Shown here piece after piece: positions 8,877-19,335 of a DNA stretch of 53,192 nt. The position numbers were made by a program, and so were the translations under genes. Position 1 is the first letter of the stretch. Every line of letters starts with the position of its first letter. Below the pieces are notes generated by a model that ran no database searches, was not told where the DNA came from, and saw only the letters and a program-made list of their open reading frames with translations. Source of the DNA: a bacterium (GTDB lineage Bacteria; Patescibacteriota; Minisyncoccia; Moranbacterales; UBA9337); contig JAGGSH010000010.1 of NCBI GenBank assembly GCA_021159185.1, positions 1 to 53,192 on the forward strand, given 5' to 3'.

Positions 8877-11231
8877 TTATTTTATCTTTTCTAAAACCAT
8901 CTTAGAAACTTCATCTGCTTTTCCCGCGAATAATTTTTTTTCTTTCATTTTTAGATTAACAGAAACCGCAGTTTGTATTTCAAGAGTATCATTTTTTTGC
9001 TTGTCTGAATACCCTGTCCAATCCGCTTCCGCTTCCAACTTCTCTTGAAATTTTTTCGCGTATTCCACAAGTACTCCAATTACTTCTCTCTCCTTTTCCG
9101 TAAATTTCTGTTCTTTTGTCTCAGTTTGTTTTTCTTTTTCCAAATATTCCTTTAATTTGCCTCTTGGCTCAAATTTGCCATTAGTCATTTCTTTAAGAAT
9201 CTCTCCTAATTTTATATTTGATAGCTTTTCTTCATTTGCCGGTTTGACCCACATTGTTTTTCTAACATTTATCCCTTGCCTGAATTTATTGCGCAACGGC
9301 TTTCCTCTTAAATCAGAAATAAAAAAACTATCGCTTTCAGGATTCCATAAAACAATAGCGCCGCATCCGAAGGCTTTGGCTCCGTCTATCCCAGTCGGGA
9401 TTCTTCCGCCTATGTTAATTGCTATCTTTCCATAATAATCTGAATCAATGATAAATCCTTCTTTTTCCATATTCTGAAGTTCTTCCAGGGATCTTTCTAC
9501 TCTTTTTTTGTGACTTTCACTTTTGTTAAATTCTTTTTTGCCTTTTTTGTATATAAATCCGAATTTTTTTAAAAGTCCATCAGTAAGAGGTTCGGCGGGT
9601 GAAAGTTTTTTCCCGCTTTTATATTTTCTGTATTTGAAAAAGTTTATTAAATTATCCGCACTAGCCATTCTATATAACCCTAAAAGAGTCCTCCACGAAT
9701 TTTCAAAATAATTTTTGAAATACTTTTTTTCTTCCGGATATTTAAAATTATCAACTTGAGTAACAAAATTTACCAAATCGTCCAAGTATTTCTTTTTTTC
9801 CAAAAGCCCCAATCCGGTTAAGATTTCATACGTAAATTTCGCGGCAGAAACATTATTGTCTGATCCCGGCCCATGATGGTCAATAAAAACCGTCCCGTCC
9901 TTAAGAATAACTATTCCGTCTTTGCCGCCTGTGTCTATATGGAATTTTCCCGGTTCCTTGCTTTGTCCGCCTGGCGCTACATATTCAATATTTTTTTCGT
10001 CAACATCAAACCCCGCCATATTCAGCAGTTTTATGGAAATTTTTCCATCTAAATCGGTGTGATTTTCAATTATGGGCTCGCCCGTTTTTTTATCAAACCT
10101 TAATCTTCCATGAGTAACAAAATTTTTCCATAGTTCGCGGCTCTTTTGTTTGAATTTCTCGTCTCCCTCTTTCTCCGTATCCGCGTTAAGCTCTTCCCAT
10201 TTTTTAATTTTGTTCAGTGTAATTTCAGCCGCTTGGCGAATTGATTTATATTTTTCCTTATCTTCTTCTATCTTAAGCTCCTCGTTTAGTTCTTCCTTCT
10301 CGCTAGTCATTTTTTTCCTCTCTTCTCTAAACATTTCAAACACCTTATACTTTCCGCTTTCTTTGATTCTTCTAAGCGCTTTTGGAGGAATCAGCGTATA
10401 TGAACGCTTGCCGCCTTTTTTTATTAAAATAACATTTAACAATTTCTTATCTTTATCATCAAAACCCTGGACGATAAAATCAAAATAGCTCCCGTCCTTT
10501 TTTTTATTTTCATCCGCTTTCCAGATTTTTCCAAGCTGAAATTCTTCTTTTAATTTTTCTTTGTCCGCTCGTTCCGGTTCGCGCCGATATTGTTTCTTGT
10601 TTTCTTTTCCTCTTTTTTCTCTTTTGCCGGTTAAAGACAATTTCTTTTCTTTTTTGCCTAATTCAGCCATAGCTTCCGCCAGCGCGTCCAGCAAATCTTT
10701 ATTGGGATATTTTTTCTCGTCTTTTTCATTTTTATCAACTCCGTCGTTAACCTTGCCGATTATGGAATCTATTTCTTCTTCAAACGCTAACGCGTCTTTT
10801 TCTGGCATTTGCTTATTATCCATTTTTGCTTTCAGCGCGTCTTTCAAGACATTGGCCTTTTTCCCCAGATCGTCCAAAAAATTTCCAATGAAGCAGTCTT
10901 CAAAAGCGCGCAATAACTTCGGCAACCGCGGTTTTCTATTCCGCAAATAATCAACCGCTACAAACCAACGCTTGTTTTCATCCAAAGATCCTTCTTGCCG
11001 CTCCTGGAAATTCCTTATTTCCTTGATTATTTCTTCTTGGCATTTTTTTAAATTTTGTTCTTTCCTTTCCCTATCTTTTCCCTTGCTGCTCCCGATATAT
11101 TCTATGGCTACCGCTTCCGGAAAACTAAAACGGCTTTGCTCTTTTTCCAGTTTTTTAAAAACATCTTTTTGCGTGTTGTGTTTAACTAATTCCTTCATTG
11201 GGACTTTTAAATTTTCAGAACGAGAATCCAT
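8877..11231 (-). CDS. Hypothetical protein with DHH-phosphoesterase-like motifs (784 aa)
   Basis: NHTDLDG, HIDTGG and VFIDHH motifs in DHH-family order. Confidence 0.65.
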   Translation of the reverse strand: MDSRSENLKVPMKELVKHNTQKDVFKKLEKEQSRFSFPEAVAIEYIGSSKGKDRERKEQNLKKCQEEIIKEIRNFQERQEGSLDENKRWFVAVDYLRNRKPRLPKLLRAFEDCFIGNFLDDLGKKANVLKDALKAKMDNKQMPEKDALAFEEEIDSIIGKVNDGVDKNEKDEKKYPNKDLLDALAEAMAELGKKEKKLSLTGKREKRGKENKKQYRREPERADKEKLKEEFQLGKIWKADENKKKDGSYFDFIVQGFDDKDKKLLNVILIKKGGKRSYTLIPPKALRRIKESGKYKVFEMFREERKKMTSEKEELNEELKIEEDKEKYKSIRQAAEITLNKIKKWEELNADTEKEGDEKFKQKSRELWKNFVTHGRLRFDKKTGEPIIENHTDLDGKISIKLLNMAGFDVDEKNIEYVAPGGQSKEPGKFHIDTGGKDGIVILKDGTVFIDHHGPGSDNNVSAAKFTYEILTGLGLLEKKKYLDDLVNFVTQVDNFKYPEEKKYFKNYFENSWRTLLGLYRMASADNLINFFKYRKYKSGKKLSPAEPLTDGLLKKFGFIYKKGKKEFNKSESHKKRVERSLEELQNMEKEGFIIDSDYYGKIAINIGGRIPTGIDGAKAFGCGAIVLWNPESDSFFISDLRGKPLRNKFRQGINVRKTMWVKPANEEKLSNIKLGEILKEMTNGKFEPRGKLKEYLEKEKQTETKEQKFTEKEREVIGVLVEYAKKFQEKLEAEADWTGYSDKQKNDTLEIQTAVSVNLKMKEKKLFAGKADEVSKMVLEKIK

Positions 11232-11435
11232 AATTTTAATTTAATGTTTAGCCGGCATTTATTAAACAGCCGTTTTTCTAAAAAAATTATACCACAACTT
11301 TACCAAAAAACAAAAACTGTTATAATATAAATTACAAATCAACACTAATTTAATCTCGAACAATCTCTAATTTAGTTTTAAATTATTCGTGGTAATTGAC
11401 GGGTGAGTTTGCGTTAATTAGCGATTTATATCATC

Positions 11436-13076
11436 ATGCAAAATAAAAAAACAACTTATTGGCTTTTATTAGCCGTCGTAATCGCCGCCGCTTTTCTTTT
11501 GCGCGCCTATAATATTGAAAACATTCCAGCGGGGATTTATCCTGATGAAGCCGTTAACGGAACTGACGCGTTGTTAGCCAATGAAACCGGAAATTACCGC
11601 TGGTTTTACACTAATAATTTCGGGCGGGAAGGATTATTCATCAATTTAATCGCCGGCGCTTTTAAAATTTTCGGTGTTTCTATTTTCGCTTTAAAATTTT
11701 GGCCGATTATTTTCGGGACGCTCACGGTATTGGGCGTCTTTCTTTTAAGTTTTGAATTATTTCGCGGATGGCCCGCCTTTGCTAAAGCTGCGGCGGGCAA
11801 GCGCGCCGCGTTAATCGCCGCTTATTTAACCGCCTTTTCATTTTGGGCGATTAATTTTTCCCGCATCGCTTTCCGCGCTGTGATGATGCTGCCTGTTTTG
11901 GTTTTTTCTTTTTATTTTATTTTCCGAGGATTGAGAACTGAAAAATACCGCGACTTTATTCTGGCCGGACTTATTTTTGGGCTGGGCTTCCATACCTATA
12001 TCGCTTTCCGCATTGCGCCGCTTATTTTAATAATTTTATTGCTGGCGATTTTAATCAGCCAAAGAAATGTTTTCCGGCGGTTTTGGAAAAAAATTATTGT
12101 TTTTGCGATTTGCGTTTTTATTTCCGCTTCTCCTCTTTTATTTGATTTTTATCAACATCCGGAATATCTCCAATCACGCACAGGCGCTATTTCCGTTTTC
12201 TCTCCCGAAGTTAATCAAGGACATTTAATAAAAACTTTATCCCAAAGCGTTGGATTAAGTCTGGTAAAATTTAATTTCTGGGGAGACCAAAACTGGCGGC
12301 ACAATTACCCGCCTTATCCCGTTTTAAATCCTGTCGTGGGTATTTTATTTTTAATCGGATTGATTTATTTAATTGCCGAATTTTTCCATCTTTTATTTTT
12401 GCGATTCAAGAAAAAAACGCGGGACAGAAAATTCATAATTTATTCATTTTTATTAAGCTGGTTTTTTGCACTGCTCATCCCCGAATTTTTAACTGCCGAA
12501 GGATTGCCGCACTGCCTCCGTTCTATTGGAACGCTTCCGGTTGTTTACATTATTTCCGCCATTCCCTTCGCTTGGATATTAGGAAAATTTACTAACCTAC
12601 AACCTACAACTCATAACTTACAACCCATAAAGATTGCTCTTTTGATTATTTTCGCGGCGGTTTTTGCTTTTGTCGGAATTTTTAATACCGCTAAATATTT
12701 TGTGTTCTGGGCGGAAAAACCGCAGCAGCATGGAACTTTTAGCGAAAATTTTAAAAATATAGCGCTTTATCTTAATTCCCTTCCCGATGAAGTTAATAAA
12801 TATGTCGCGGCTAACGGCGGCGGCAGAATTATGGAAGACGGGCTTCCCGTAAGCGCCCAGCCAGTAAAACTTTTAACTTACCAAAAAACTGAAAACCTAA
12901 AATTTCTCCAGCAAGGGCAAGACTGCCCGCTGGAAACTCCGATGGTTATAATTTTAATGAATTACGACCAATATATTATTGACCGCGTTAAATTATTTTA
13001 CCCCCAAGCTCAAGTGGAAAAAATTGATTTAAATCCGGGATATGGGTCCGATTTCGTTTCAATAGTAGTTGAATAA
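11436..13076 (+). CDS. ArnT/PMT-family (GT-C) membrane glycosyltransferase
   Basis: LRAYNIENIPAGIYPDEA N-terminal motif and multiple TM helices. Confidence 0.85.
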   Translation: MQNKKTTYWLLLAVVIAAAFLLRAYNIENIPAGIYPDEAVNGTDALLANETGNYRWFYTNNFGREGLFINLIAGAFKIFGVSIFALKFWPIIFGTLTVLGVFLLSFELFRGWPAFAKAAAGKRAALIAAYLTAFSFWAINFSRIAFRAVMMLPVLVFSFYFIFRGLRTEKYRDFILAGLIFGLGFHTYIAFRIAPLILIILLLAILISQRNVFRRFWKKIIVFAICVFISASPLLFDFYQHPEYLQSRTGAISVFSPEVNQGHLIKTLSQSVGLSLVKFNFWGDQNWRHNYPPYPVLNPVVGILFLIGLIYLIAEFFHLLFLRFKKKTRDRKFIIYSFLLSWFFALLIPEFLTAEGLPHCLRSIGTLPVVYIISAIPFAWILGKFTNLQPTTHNLQPIKIALLIIFAAVFAFVGIFNTAKYFVFWAEKPQQHGTFSENFKNIALYLNSLPDEVNKYVAANGGGRIMEDGLPVSAQPVKLLTYQKTENLKFLQQGQDCPLETPMVIILMNYDQYIIDRVKLFYPQAQVEKIDLNPGYGSDFVSIVVE

Positions 13077-13100
13077 AAACTTCTTCGCCATTTTTCCATA

Positions 13101-13247
13101 TGTCATTCCGGAAAATTTCGGAGTAGCAACGGAGAAATTTATCCGGAATCTACGCTTTCATTTATCTCATGTTTAAAGATTTTAATTAACCTAGATTCCG
13201 GATATTTTTTCTTCCGCTGTCGCTCCAGAAAAAATTCCGGAATGACA
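13101..13247. repeat. REP/REPIN-like palindrome family A
   Basis: TGTCATTCCGGAA...TTCCGGAATGACA dimer with conserved spacer. Confidence 0.9.
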
Positions 13248-13301
13248 TAAGAATTTAACTATTTAACAATTTAATCATTTAACAATTTAACAAAAAATCC
13301 T

Positions 13302-15140
13302 ATGTTAAAAAAATATTCGTCAGTCATCGTCGCTTTAATTCTCATCGCTTTTTTCGCTGTTTCTCTTATTGTCTCCTTGCAGGAATCAACCACTATGGAC
13401 GAGAAAGCGCATATTCCGTCCGCCTATTCTTATGTCAAATACAATGATATGCGGCTTAATCCTGAACACCCTCCGCTTCTTAAGGATTTAGCCGGGCTTC
13501 CTTTATTATTTTTCAATCCGCGGTTTCCTGCCGACGATCCCCTTTGGACCGAGGGCGTAAACGAGCAGTGGGAATTAGGCGACAAATTTATTCACTCCAA
13601 TGACGCCGACCAGATTACTTTTTGGTCGCGCCTGCCTATTACTTTGATCGCTCTCCTTTTAGGATTTTTTATTTTTAAGTGGACGAAAGAACTGGCCGGA
13701 GCCGCCGCCGGAATTTTCGCTTTGATTCTATACGCTTTTGATCCCAACATTTTGGGGCACAGCCATTATGTCACCACTGACATTGGCATCGCCGCCTTCA
13801 TTTTCATTTCCTTTTACTATTTTATTAAATTCCTTAAATATCCCAGTTGGAAAAACACTATTTTAGCGGGAATATTTTTAGGGCTGGCCGAACTGGCTAA
13901 ATTCTCCTCCGTGATTCTTTTTCCTTTTTTCGGGCTTATTCTGGTTATTTACGCTTTAGCCAAAAGAAGCAAGCCGCCTAAAACGCCGCTTGGGAATCTT
14001 TCAGAATATATGGGAAAATATGTTCTAATCGTCTTTATCTGCTTCGCCGTAATCTGGATTTTGTATTTTTACAATACTTTTAATATGCCGGCGGAAAAAA
14101 TCCAGGACATTGCTAATACCGTCTTCGGAAATGAAGGTATGGGAGAACTGGCTAAGTCAACCGTCATTGGTATGAGCACTATGCCGGTTCTTAAATATTT
14201 AAGCGAATATTTTTTGGGCGTTTTTATGGTTTTTACCAGAGTGGCCGGAGGGAACACTTATTATTTCCTCGGCACCGTTTCCAACCATGCCACTCCTTTT
14301 TATTTCCCGGTTGTTTTTCTGCTTAAAGAAACTCTGCCTTTCTTGTTTCTCATTCTAGCCGCTTCCGTATACGCTTTCGCGGAAATGATAAAGAAAGCGC
14401 TTTCCGCGAGATTGAAAGAAAATTGGAAAAAGTTTTTAGGATACTTGCAAAGCGGGGTGGCGCAATATTCTATGTTGGGATTTATAATTTTTTATTCCTT
14501 TTTAAGCATTACCGGAAATTTAAATATAGGATTTCGCCATCTTTTCCCCATTCTGCCTTTCGTTTATGTTTTAGTGGCTAAAAAAGTTACTGACTTCATT
14601 AAAAGCTGTGAGGGCAAGAAAATTAAAACCACAGTTAAAGCAACACTGGCGATACTTGTAGCTTGGATTATTCTTGAGCCGATTATATTTTTCCCCAGCT
14701 ATCTTTCTTACTTCAACGAACTGGCGGGCGGTCCCAAAAACGGATATAAATATGTCACCGATTCCAACTACGATTGGGGGCAGGATTTAAAAAGATTAAG
14801 CCGCTGGGTAGATAAATACAACAGTTGCGCTTTAAGCAAAAACCCTGAAGTTTGTATAGATCCAAACCGCGCAATTCCAATCAAGCCTAATCAGCCCATT
14901 AAAAAAATCCGCGTTGATTATTTCGGCGGATCTAATCCGGAATATTATTTGAAGGATAAATTTATTCCTTGGCATTCTTACAATAATCCCGAACCGGGAT
15001 GGTATGCTATTTCAATCGGATTTTTGCAGGAAAGCATTCATAAAGAAAAACAGCCCGGAGAAAAAAGCTACGAATGGCTCCGCGGTTACCAGCCCATTAC
15101 CAAAGCAGGAGATTCCATTTTCGTTTATTATGTGGAATAG
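13302..15140 (+). CDS. PMT/GT39-like membrane glycosyltransferase
   Basis: STTMDEKAH, LNPEHPPLLK, YLSYFNEL, DSNYDWGQDL motifs; multi-TM. Confidence 0.85.
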   Translation: MLKKYSSVIVALILIAFFAVSLIVSLQESTTMDEKAHIPSAYSYVKYNDMRLNPEHPPLLKDLAGLPLLFFNPRFPADDPLWTEGVNEQWELGDKFIHSNDADQITFWSRLPITLIALLLGFFIFKWTKELAGAAAGIFALILYAFDPNILGHSHYVTTDIGIAAFIFISFYYFIKFLKYPSWKNTILAGIFLGLAELAKFSSVILFPFFGLILVIYALAKRSKPPKTPLGNLSEYMGKYVLIVFICFAVIWILYFYNTFNMPAEKIQDIANTVFGNEGMGELAKSTVIGMSTMPVLKYLSEYFLGVFMVFTRVAGGNTYYFLGTVSNHATPFYFPVVFLLKETLPFLFLILAASVYAFAEMIKKALSARLKENWKKFLGYLQSGVAQYSMLGFIIFYSFLSITGNLNIGFRHLFPILPFVYVLVAKKVTDFIKSCEGKKIKTTVKATLAILVAWIILEPIIFFPSYLSYFNELAGGPKNGYKYVTDSNYDWGQDLKRLSRWVDKYNSCALSKNPEVCIDPNRAIPIKPNQPIKKIRVDYFGGSNPEYYLKDKFIPWHSYNNPEPGWYAISIGFLQESIHKEKQPGEKSYEWLRGYQPITKAGDSIFVYYVE

Positions 15141-15149
15141 TTCCAAATA

Positions 15150-15322
15150 AAAGAATCCCTGAATAAATTCAGGGATTCTTTTTATGAAAAGCTTAAAAAC
15201 TAAAAAAACACCGGACTAAATTCCGGTGTTTTTTATAAATTTTCTCTCATCTGAATCTGCTAAAAATATTTTGGTAGACTCGGATAAGAGGGCAGAAGAC
15301 AAGTATTGCTTGTCTTCTGCCC
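15150..15322. terminator. Three consecutive hairpins between convergent genes; the first two are bidirectional intrinsic terminators
   Basis: AAAAGAATCCCTGAA..TTCAGGGATTCTTTT; AAAAAAACACCGGA..TCCGGTGTTTTTT; GGGCAGAAGACAAG..CTTGTCTTCTGCCC. Confidence 0.8.
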
Positions 15323-15328
15323 CAGAGC

Positions 15329-15634
15329 CTAGAAAATGGCAAACTGCGGATCTGCCATTCCTAAGACCCTGTGGTTAGTGCCCATATGAATAGATGGGGC
15401 ACCAACGAAATCAAGCCGGGAGTTGTTTTTAATTTTTCTGACCGCTGCCCCAGCTGAAATAGGTAAAACTTTCAGAAATTCTGTGCAGTCATCCATGACA
15501 CATGAGTGACGTTGCACTTTTCTAATAAATAGGTATTCATCCTCGCCCGGTGTATGCTTCACTAAAACGAATCTTCTACATTCTCCTTGATACTGAATCT
15601 CTGGTTGATCTATGTAACCGTTGAAAAATGTCAT
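15329..15634 (-). CDS. Orphan hypothetical protein (~101 aa, MTFFNGYIDQ...)
   Basis: ATG at 15634 preceded by an AAGGAGG Shine-Dalgarno; has its own promoter and a downstream hairpin. Confidence 0.55.
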   Translation of the reverse strand: MTFFNGYIDQPEIQYQGECRRFVLVKHTPGEDEYLFIRKVQRHSCVMDDCTEFLKVLPISAGAAVRKIKNNSRLDFVGAPSIHMGTNHRVLGMADPQFAIF

Positions 15635-15833
15635 TACTCCCTCCTTTTCTTCTGGGATTTTTTGGTTGTGGTTAAACGATATATTTAACCTAAATCCCCT
15701 AATCGGGGCAAAGGACAATTTTTTCTAACTGCCTCATCTAAAACAACAACATATTTTGCTGTCTCAAATAAGGCAATTAGAATTTTTTCAAAGAACAATT
15801 TCCCTCTTTCAAAACTTTCTCATCTGACTTACC

Positions 15834-15862
15834 AGCTTAGCATATTATGAAAGGCTTGTCAA
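15834..15862 (-). promoter_or_regulatory. Sigma70-type promoter
   Basis: TTGACA-17 bp-TAAGCT with extended -10 TG. Confidence 0.65.
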
Positions 15863-16124
15863 GCAGCAAAAATCGTAAATCAAAAATCGTAAATCGTAAA
15901 AATGGCTAAAATAAGCCATTTTTGATTGAAAAAACAAGTTAAACTAAACGCTTTTTAATCTTTATTTGTCATTTATGGGCGATCGCTTATAAATGACAAA
16001 GCGTTAGACTAAATTAATTATATACCATTTTGTTGCGACCGCATAAAAATGGTATCATTGTTTTCTAATCTTCTTAATTACTGTCTGTGCTAACTTGAGT
16101 TCCTTCATCCTGATCGTCCTCATC

Positions 16125-16988
16125 CTAATCATTCTTATTCTCCCCTAAATCCTTAAATTTATAATAAACTTTATTTTCCACTCTTAAATCTACATATTCT
16201 AAATTTTTTCTTTTTTCTTCACCCATCTCTTTTTCTAGGAAAGTTTTTAAAGTTCTGGCTGATTGCTTCGCGGGAACTTTGCTACTGAAATAAATATCCC
16301 ATCCCGCGGCCGTTTTGATTCTAACATCTTCCGCTGCCCGGCAAGCGGTTTGATATTCGCCGGAAATATCAGCCAGCGCTTCTTTTTTTATTTCTTCCGT
16401 AAGCTCTAAAATAAAATTAATATAATCTTCGCCTAAAACTTTCTCTCCCAAATTAACCGGCTTGGCGCTGGCGTCCTCCAGCCTAATTAAATTATTTTCT
16501 TTGATTTCCGGTGATTCAAAATCAGCTCCGCTGTAAGCGCGCCCTTTCTCGTCAATAATATAGCACGGCCCGCCCGAACACCATAATAATAAAGATTTTC
16601 TTTCTACAATTCTCACCTTAACTGTGTCGGGAAATTTTTTTTCTACCTCAACTTCGCTGATCTTTTTAAATTTTTCCGTCAGATGATTTTTAATTTTTCT
16701 TTCAGAAATTAAAATAAAATTATTTCTTGAAATAAAACCGAGATACTTCCCATCTAACAAGCAGCTCAATTCTTTTGAAACTTTTTCATATTCAAGTTCC
16801 TCCACTCCTCTCAATTCAACATAATTAATCTGGAGAAAGGGCGAGAACATAAAAATATACACGGTTACTCCCGCGAAAGCGATTAGAAGAAAATAAAAAG
16901 CCATTCTAAAAAAAACGGAGCGTTTCTCCTTTTCCTTTTTTCTTTTTCTATTTTCCACCCAACTCTGCCGACCTTTTTTTACCCGCAT
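16125..16988 (-). CDS. ftsQ: Cell division protein FtsQ/DivIB (POTRA)
   Basis: Basic N-terminus, TM helix, VEKKFPDTVKVRIVER and C-terminal YVDLR. Confidence 0.8.
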   Translation of the reverse strand: MRVKKGRQSWVENRKRKKEKEKRSVFFRMAFYFLLIAFAGVTVYIFMFSPFLQINYVELRGVEELEYEKVSKELSCLLDGKYLGFISRNNFILISERKIKNHLTEKFKKISEVEVEKKFPDTVKVRIVERKSLLLWCSGGPCYIIDEKGRAYSGADFESPEIKENNLIRLEDASAKPVNLGEKVLGEDYINFILELTEEIKKEALADISGEYQTACRAAEDVRIKTAAGWDIYFSSKVPAKQSARTLKTFLEKEMGEEKRKNLEYVDLRVENKVYYKFKDLGENKND

Positions 16989-16992
16989 AATT

Positions 16993-17931
16993 CTACAAAT
17001 TCATTATCAAATTTTCCAGCGCCAACCGTCCGTTAGCGTTGGTGTTTTTAAGTTTTTCCATACTATCTTCCAGTTTTTCAATAATTTTAAAAAAACGCGA
17101 AGCATTCTTAAAATCTTTTATCGCGCCTGAATGCATAATCCAAACCCAAAACTCCAGTTTTTTAATTGCCTCCGGAATATTTTTGGAAAATTTCTCCGCC
17201 ATCTCCATTCTCTGGGCGATATTCATAGCGGAAATCTTTTTCAATTCTTTCAGCGCGCTCTCGCGCGAATGAAGCTCTTTCTTATTCCGCGCTATTTTAA
17301 CCGCCCAGCCCGGGCGGCCGGCTGAAAAAGATATAATTTTATCCTTGGAAATTAAATCTTTGGACAAAAATTCCGGATCATTTAAAAGCTCCTCAATCTC
17401 GCCATCCGCCACTAAATTAAACCTGATTTTCTGGCAGCGCGATTTTACCGTGGGAAGCAGTTTGCCTTCCTCGTGAGTTACCAAAATAATAATAGAAGTT
17501 TCATTAGTCTCTTCAATAGTTTTAAGCAAAGCGTTCTGAGACGCCTTGTTCATTTTATGAGCGTTGTCAATTATAAGCGCGCGGTAATTTCCTTGAGACG
17601 GAAAAAGCGACATTTCTTTTTGGACTTCTCTAATCCTTTCAATTTTTATTTCCCTTTCTTTCGTTACTTCTTTTTTTTCTTCAACCTCAGGCTTTAAAAT
17701 AATTAAATCTGATAAAAACTTTTTATTCTCGCCACGCTTGCCCGCGCTTTCGTCTTTTACCATATTATGTAATATGGTAAATTTTTTCCCACTTATTAAA
17801 CTTTTGGCAAATTTTTCCGCCAGCGTAAATTTTCCCACTCCCTCCGGACCGGAAAAAAGATAAGCCTGGGCAACTTTATTTTTCTCAATGCTCCGACTTA
17901 GCAATTTAATAATTTTTTGATGGCCGACCAT
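16993..17931 (-). CDS. holB: DNA polymerase III delta' subunit
   Basis: AQAYLFSGPEGVGK, SQNALLKTIEE, LLPTVKSRC. Confidence 0.9.
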   Translation of the reverse strand: MVGHQKIIKLLSRSIEKNKVAQAYLFSGPEGVGKFTLAEKFAKSLISGKKFTILHNMVKDESAGKRGENKKFLSDLIILKPEVEEKKEVTKEREIKIERIREVQKEMSLFPSQGNYRALIIDNAHKMNKASQNALLKTIEETNETSIIILVTHEEGKLLPTVKSRCQKIRFNLVADGEIEELLNDPEFLSKDLISKDKIISFSAGRPGWAVKIARNKKELHSRESALKELKKISAMNIAQRMEMAEKFSKNIPEAIKKLEFWVWIMHSGAIKDFKNASRFFKIIEKLEDSMEKLKNTNANGRLALENLIMNL

Positions 17932-17959
17932 AATAGAATAGTGATTGGTAACTAGCTAT

Positions 17960-18099
17960 TGTCATTCCGGAATTTTTTGAGCGATAGCGAGAAAAATATC
18001 CGGAATCTAAAATTGTTAAAATCTTTAAGCTTGAGATAATTGGAAGCGTAGATTCCGGATAAATTTCTCCGTTTCTCTCCGAAATTTTCCGGAATGACA
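17960..18099. repeat. REP/REPIN-like palindrome family A
   Basis: Same termini; spacer in the opposite orientation to the 4698 and 13101 copies. Confidence 0.9.
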
Positions 18100-18121
18100 T
18101 AAAGTAAGACTGTAAATAATA

Positions 18122-19315
18122 CTAGAAATTCTTATTTATCACTTCTTTCACAATTTCCATAAAACTATCTTTAAATCTTTCTTCTGAAAATTTTTCCGCG
18201 GATTTTTTAATAATTTCTTTATTATATTTATTTTCATTTTCCATAAATCTTCTTACTCCGTCAGCCAAAACTTCCGGGGTTTGCGCGTTAAAAAATTCAC
18301 CGTTAATTCCCTCCCGGATTATTTCCTTCGCTCCGCCTTTTTGAAAAGCGATAACCGGAACGCCATAACTCATCGCTTCAACCATAGTCAAGCCGAAATC
18401 ATCTTCGCAAGGAAAAATAAAAGCGCGGGCGCGGGCGTAATATTCGGCCAGCTTTTCATCGCTCTGCCAGCCTAAAATTCTAATATTTTTTCCGGCGATT
18501 TTCTTAAGGCGCTTTTCCTGCTCTCCCTCGCCGACAACAATCAGCGGAAGCCCTAACTTGTTAAACGCTTCCACCGCCAAACTGACTTTTTTATAAGCGG
18601 ATAGACGAGAAACGATGAGAAAGTAGCTTGCAGCTTGCAGCTTGCAGCTTGCAGCTTTATTTGCAGAGATTCCCGGATAAATTACTTTACTTTCTCTCCT
18701 ATAATATTTCTTTATCCTCTCTCGCGTGTATTCCGAATTAGCGATTAAATAATCCGGGCGATCGGCCGCCTGCCGATCCCAAACACGAATATAGTTAAGT
18801 ATAGCCCTTGCGAAAAAACAAATTCTCTTCTTTCCAATTTCGTTTATGTATCTTTCATTATAATCCCAGGCAAAGCGCATAGGCGAATGGATATAAGCAA
18901 TGTGAATTGTATTTAATTTAGTAATAATTCCCTTGCTCCACGCTCCCGAAGAAGAAATGACTAAATCGTATTCCCGCAAATCAAAAGTTTCCGGCGCGGT
19001 AGGTATAAAGGGCAAAAGGAATCTTCGGCGATTTCTCAAAAATTTGGGAAATTTTTGGAGAAAAGACGTGTGGATTTCCCGTTGTGTAATTTTCCGGGAA
19101 GAATATCTCTCTGCCTCCCCCCCTCTTTGAGGGGGGGATTGAGGGGGGGTGCCATCAGAATAAGCAGCCAGCATCTTTTCCTTGTCATATAATAAAGTAT
19201 AAATCGGCGCCTTGGGAAACATCTCGCAAAGCGATTCCAAAACTTTCTCCGCGCCGCCGTATTGAACTAAAAAATCATGAACCAGCGCTATCTTTAAATT
19301 GTTAAATGGTTTCAT
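18122..19315 (-). CDS. Glycosyltransferase family 4
   Basis: ALVHDFLVQYGGAEKV, EDDFGLTMVEAMSYG. Confidence 0.9.
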   Translation of the reverse strand: MKPFNNLKIALVHDFLVQYGGAEKVLESLCEMFPKAPIYTLLYDKEKMLAAYSDGTPPQSPPQRGGEAERYSSRKITQREIHTSFLQKFPKFLRNRRRFLLPFIPTAPETFDLREYDLVISSSGAWSKGIITKLNTIHIAYIHSPMRFAWDYNERYINEIGKKRICFFARAILNYIRVWDRQAADRPDYLIANSEYTRERIKKYYRRESKVIYPGISANKAASCKLQAASYFLIVSRLSAYKKVSLAVEAFNKLGLPLIVVGEGEQEKRLKKIAGKNIRILGWQSDEKLAEYYARARAFIFPCEDDFGLTMVEAMSYGVPVIAFQKGGAKEIIREGINGEFFNAQTPEVLADGVRRFMENENKYNKEIIKKSAEKFSEERFKDSFMEIVKEVINKNF

Positions 19316-19335
19316 TGTTGAATTGTTATTGAATT

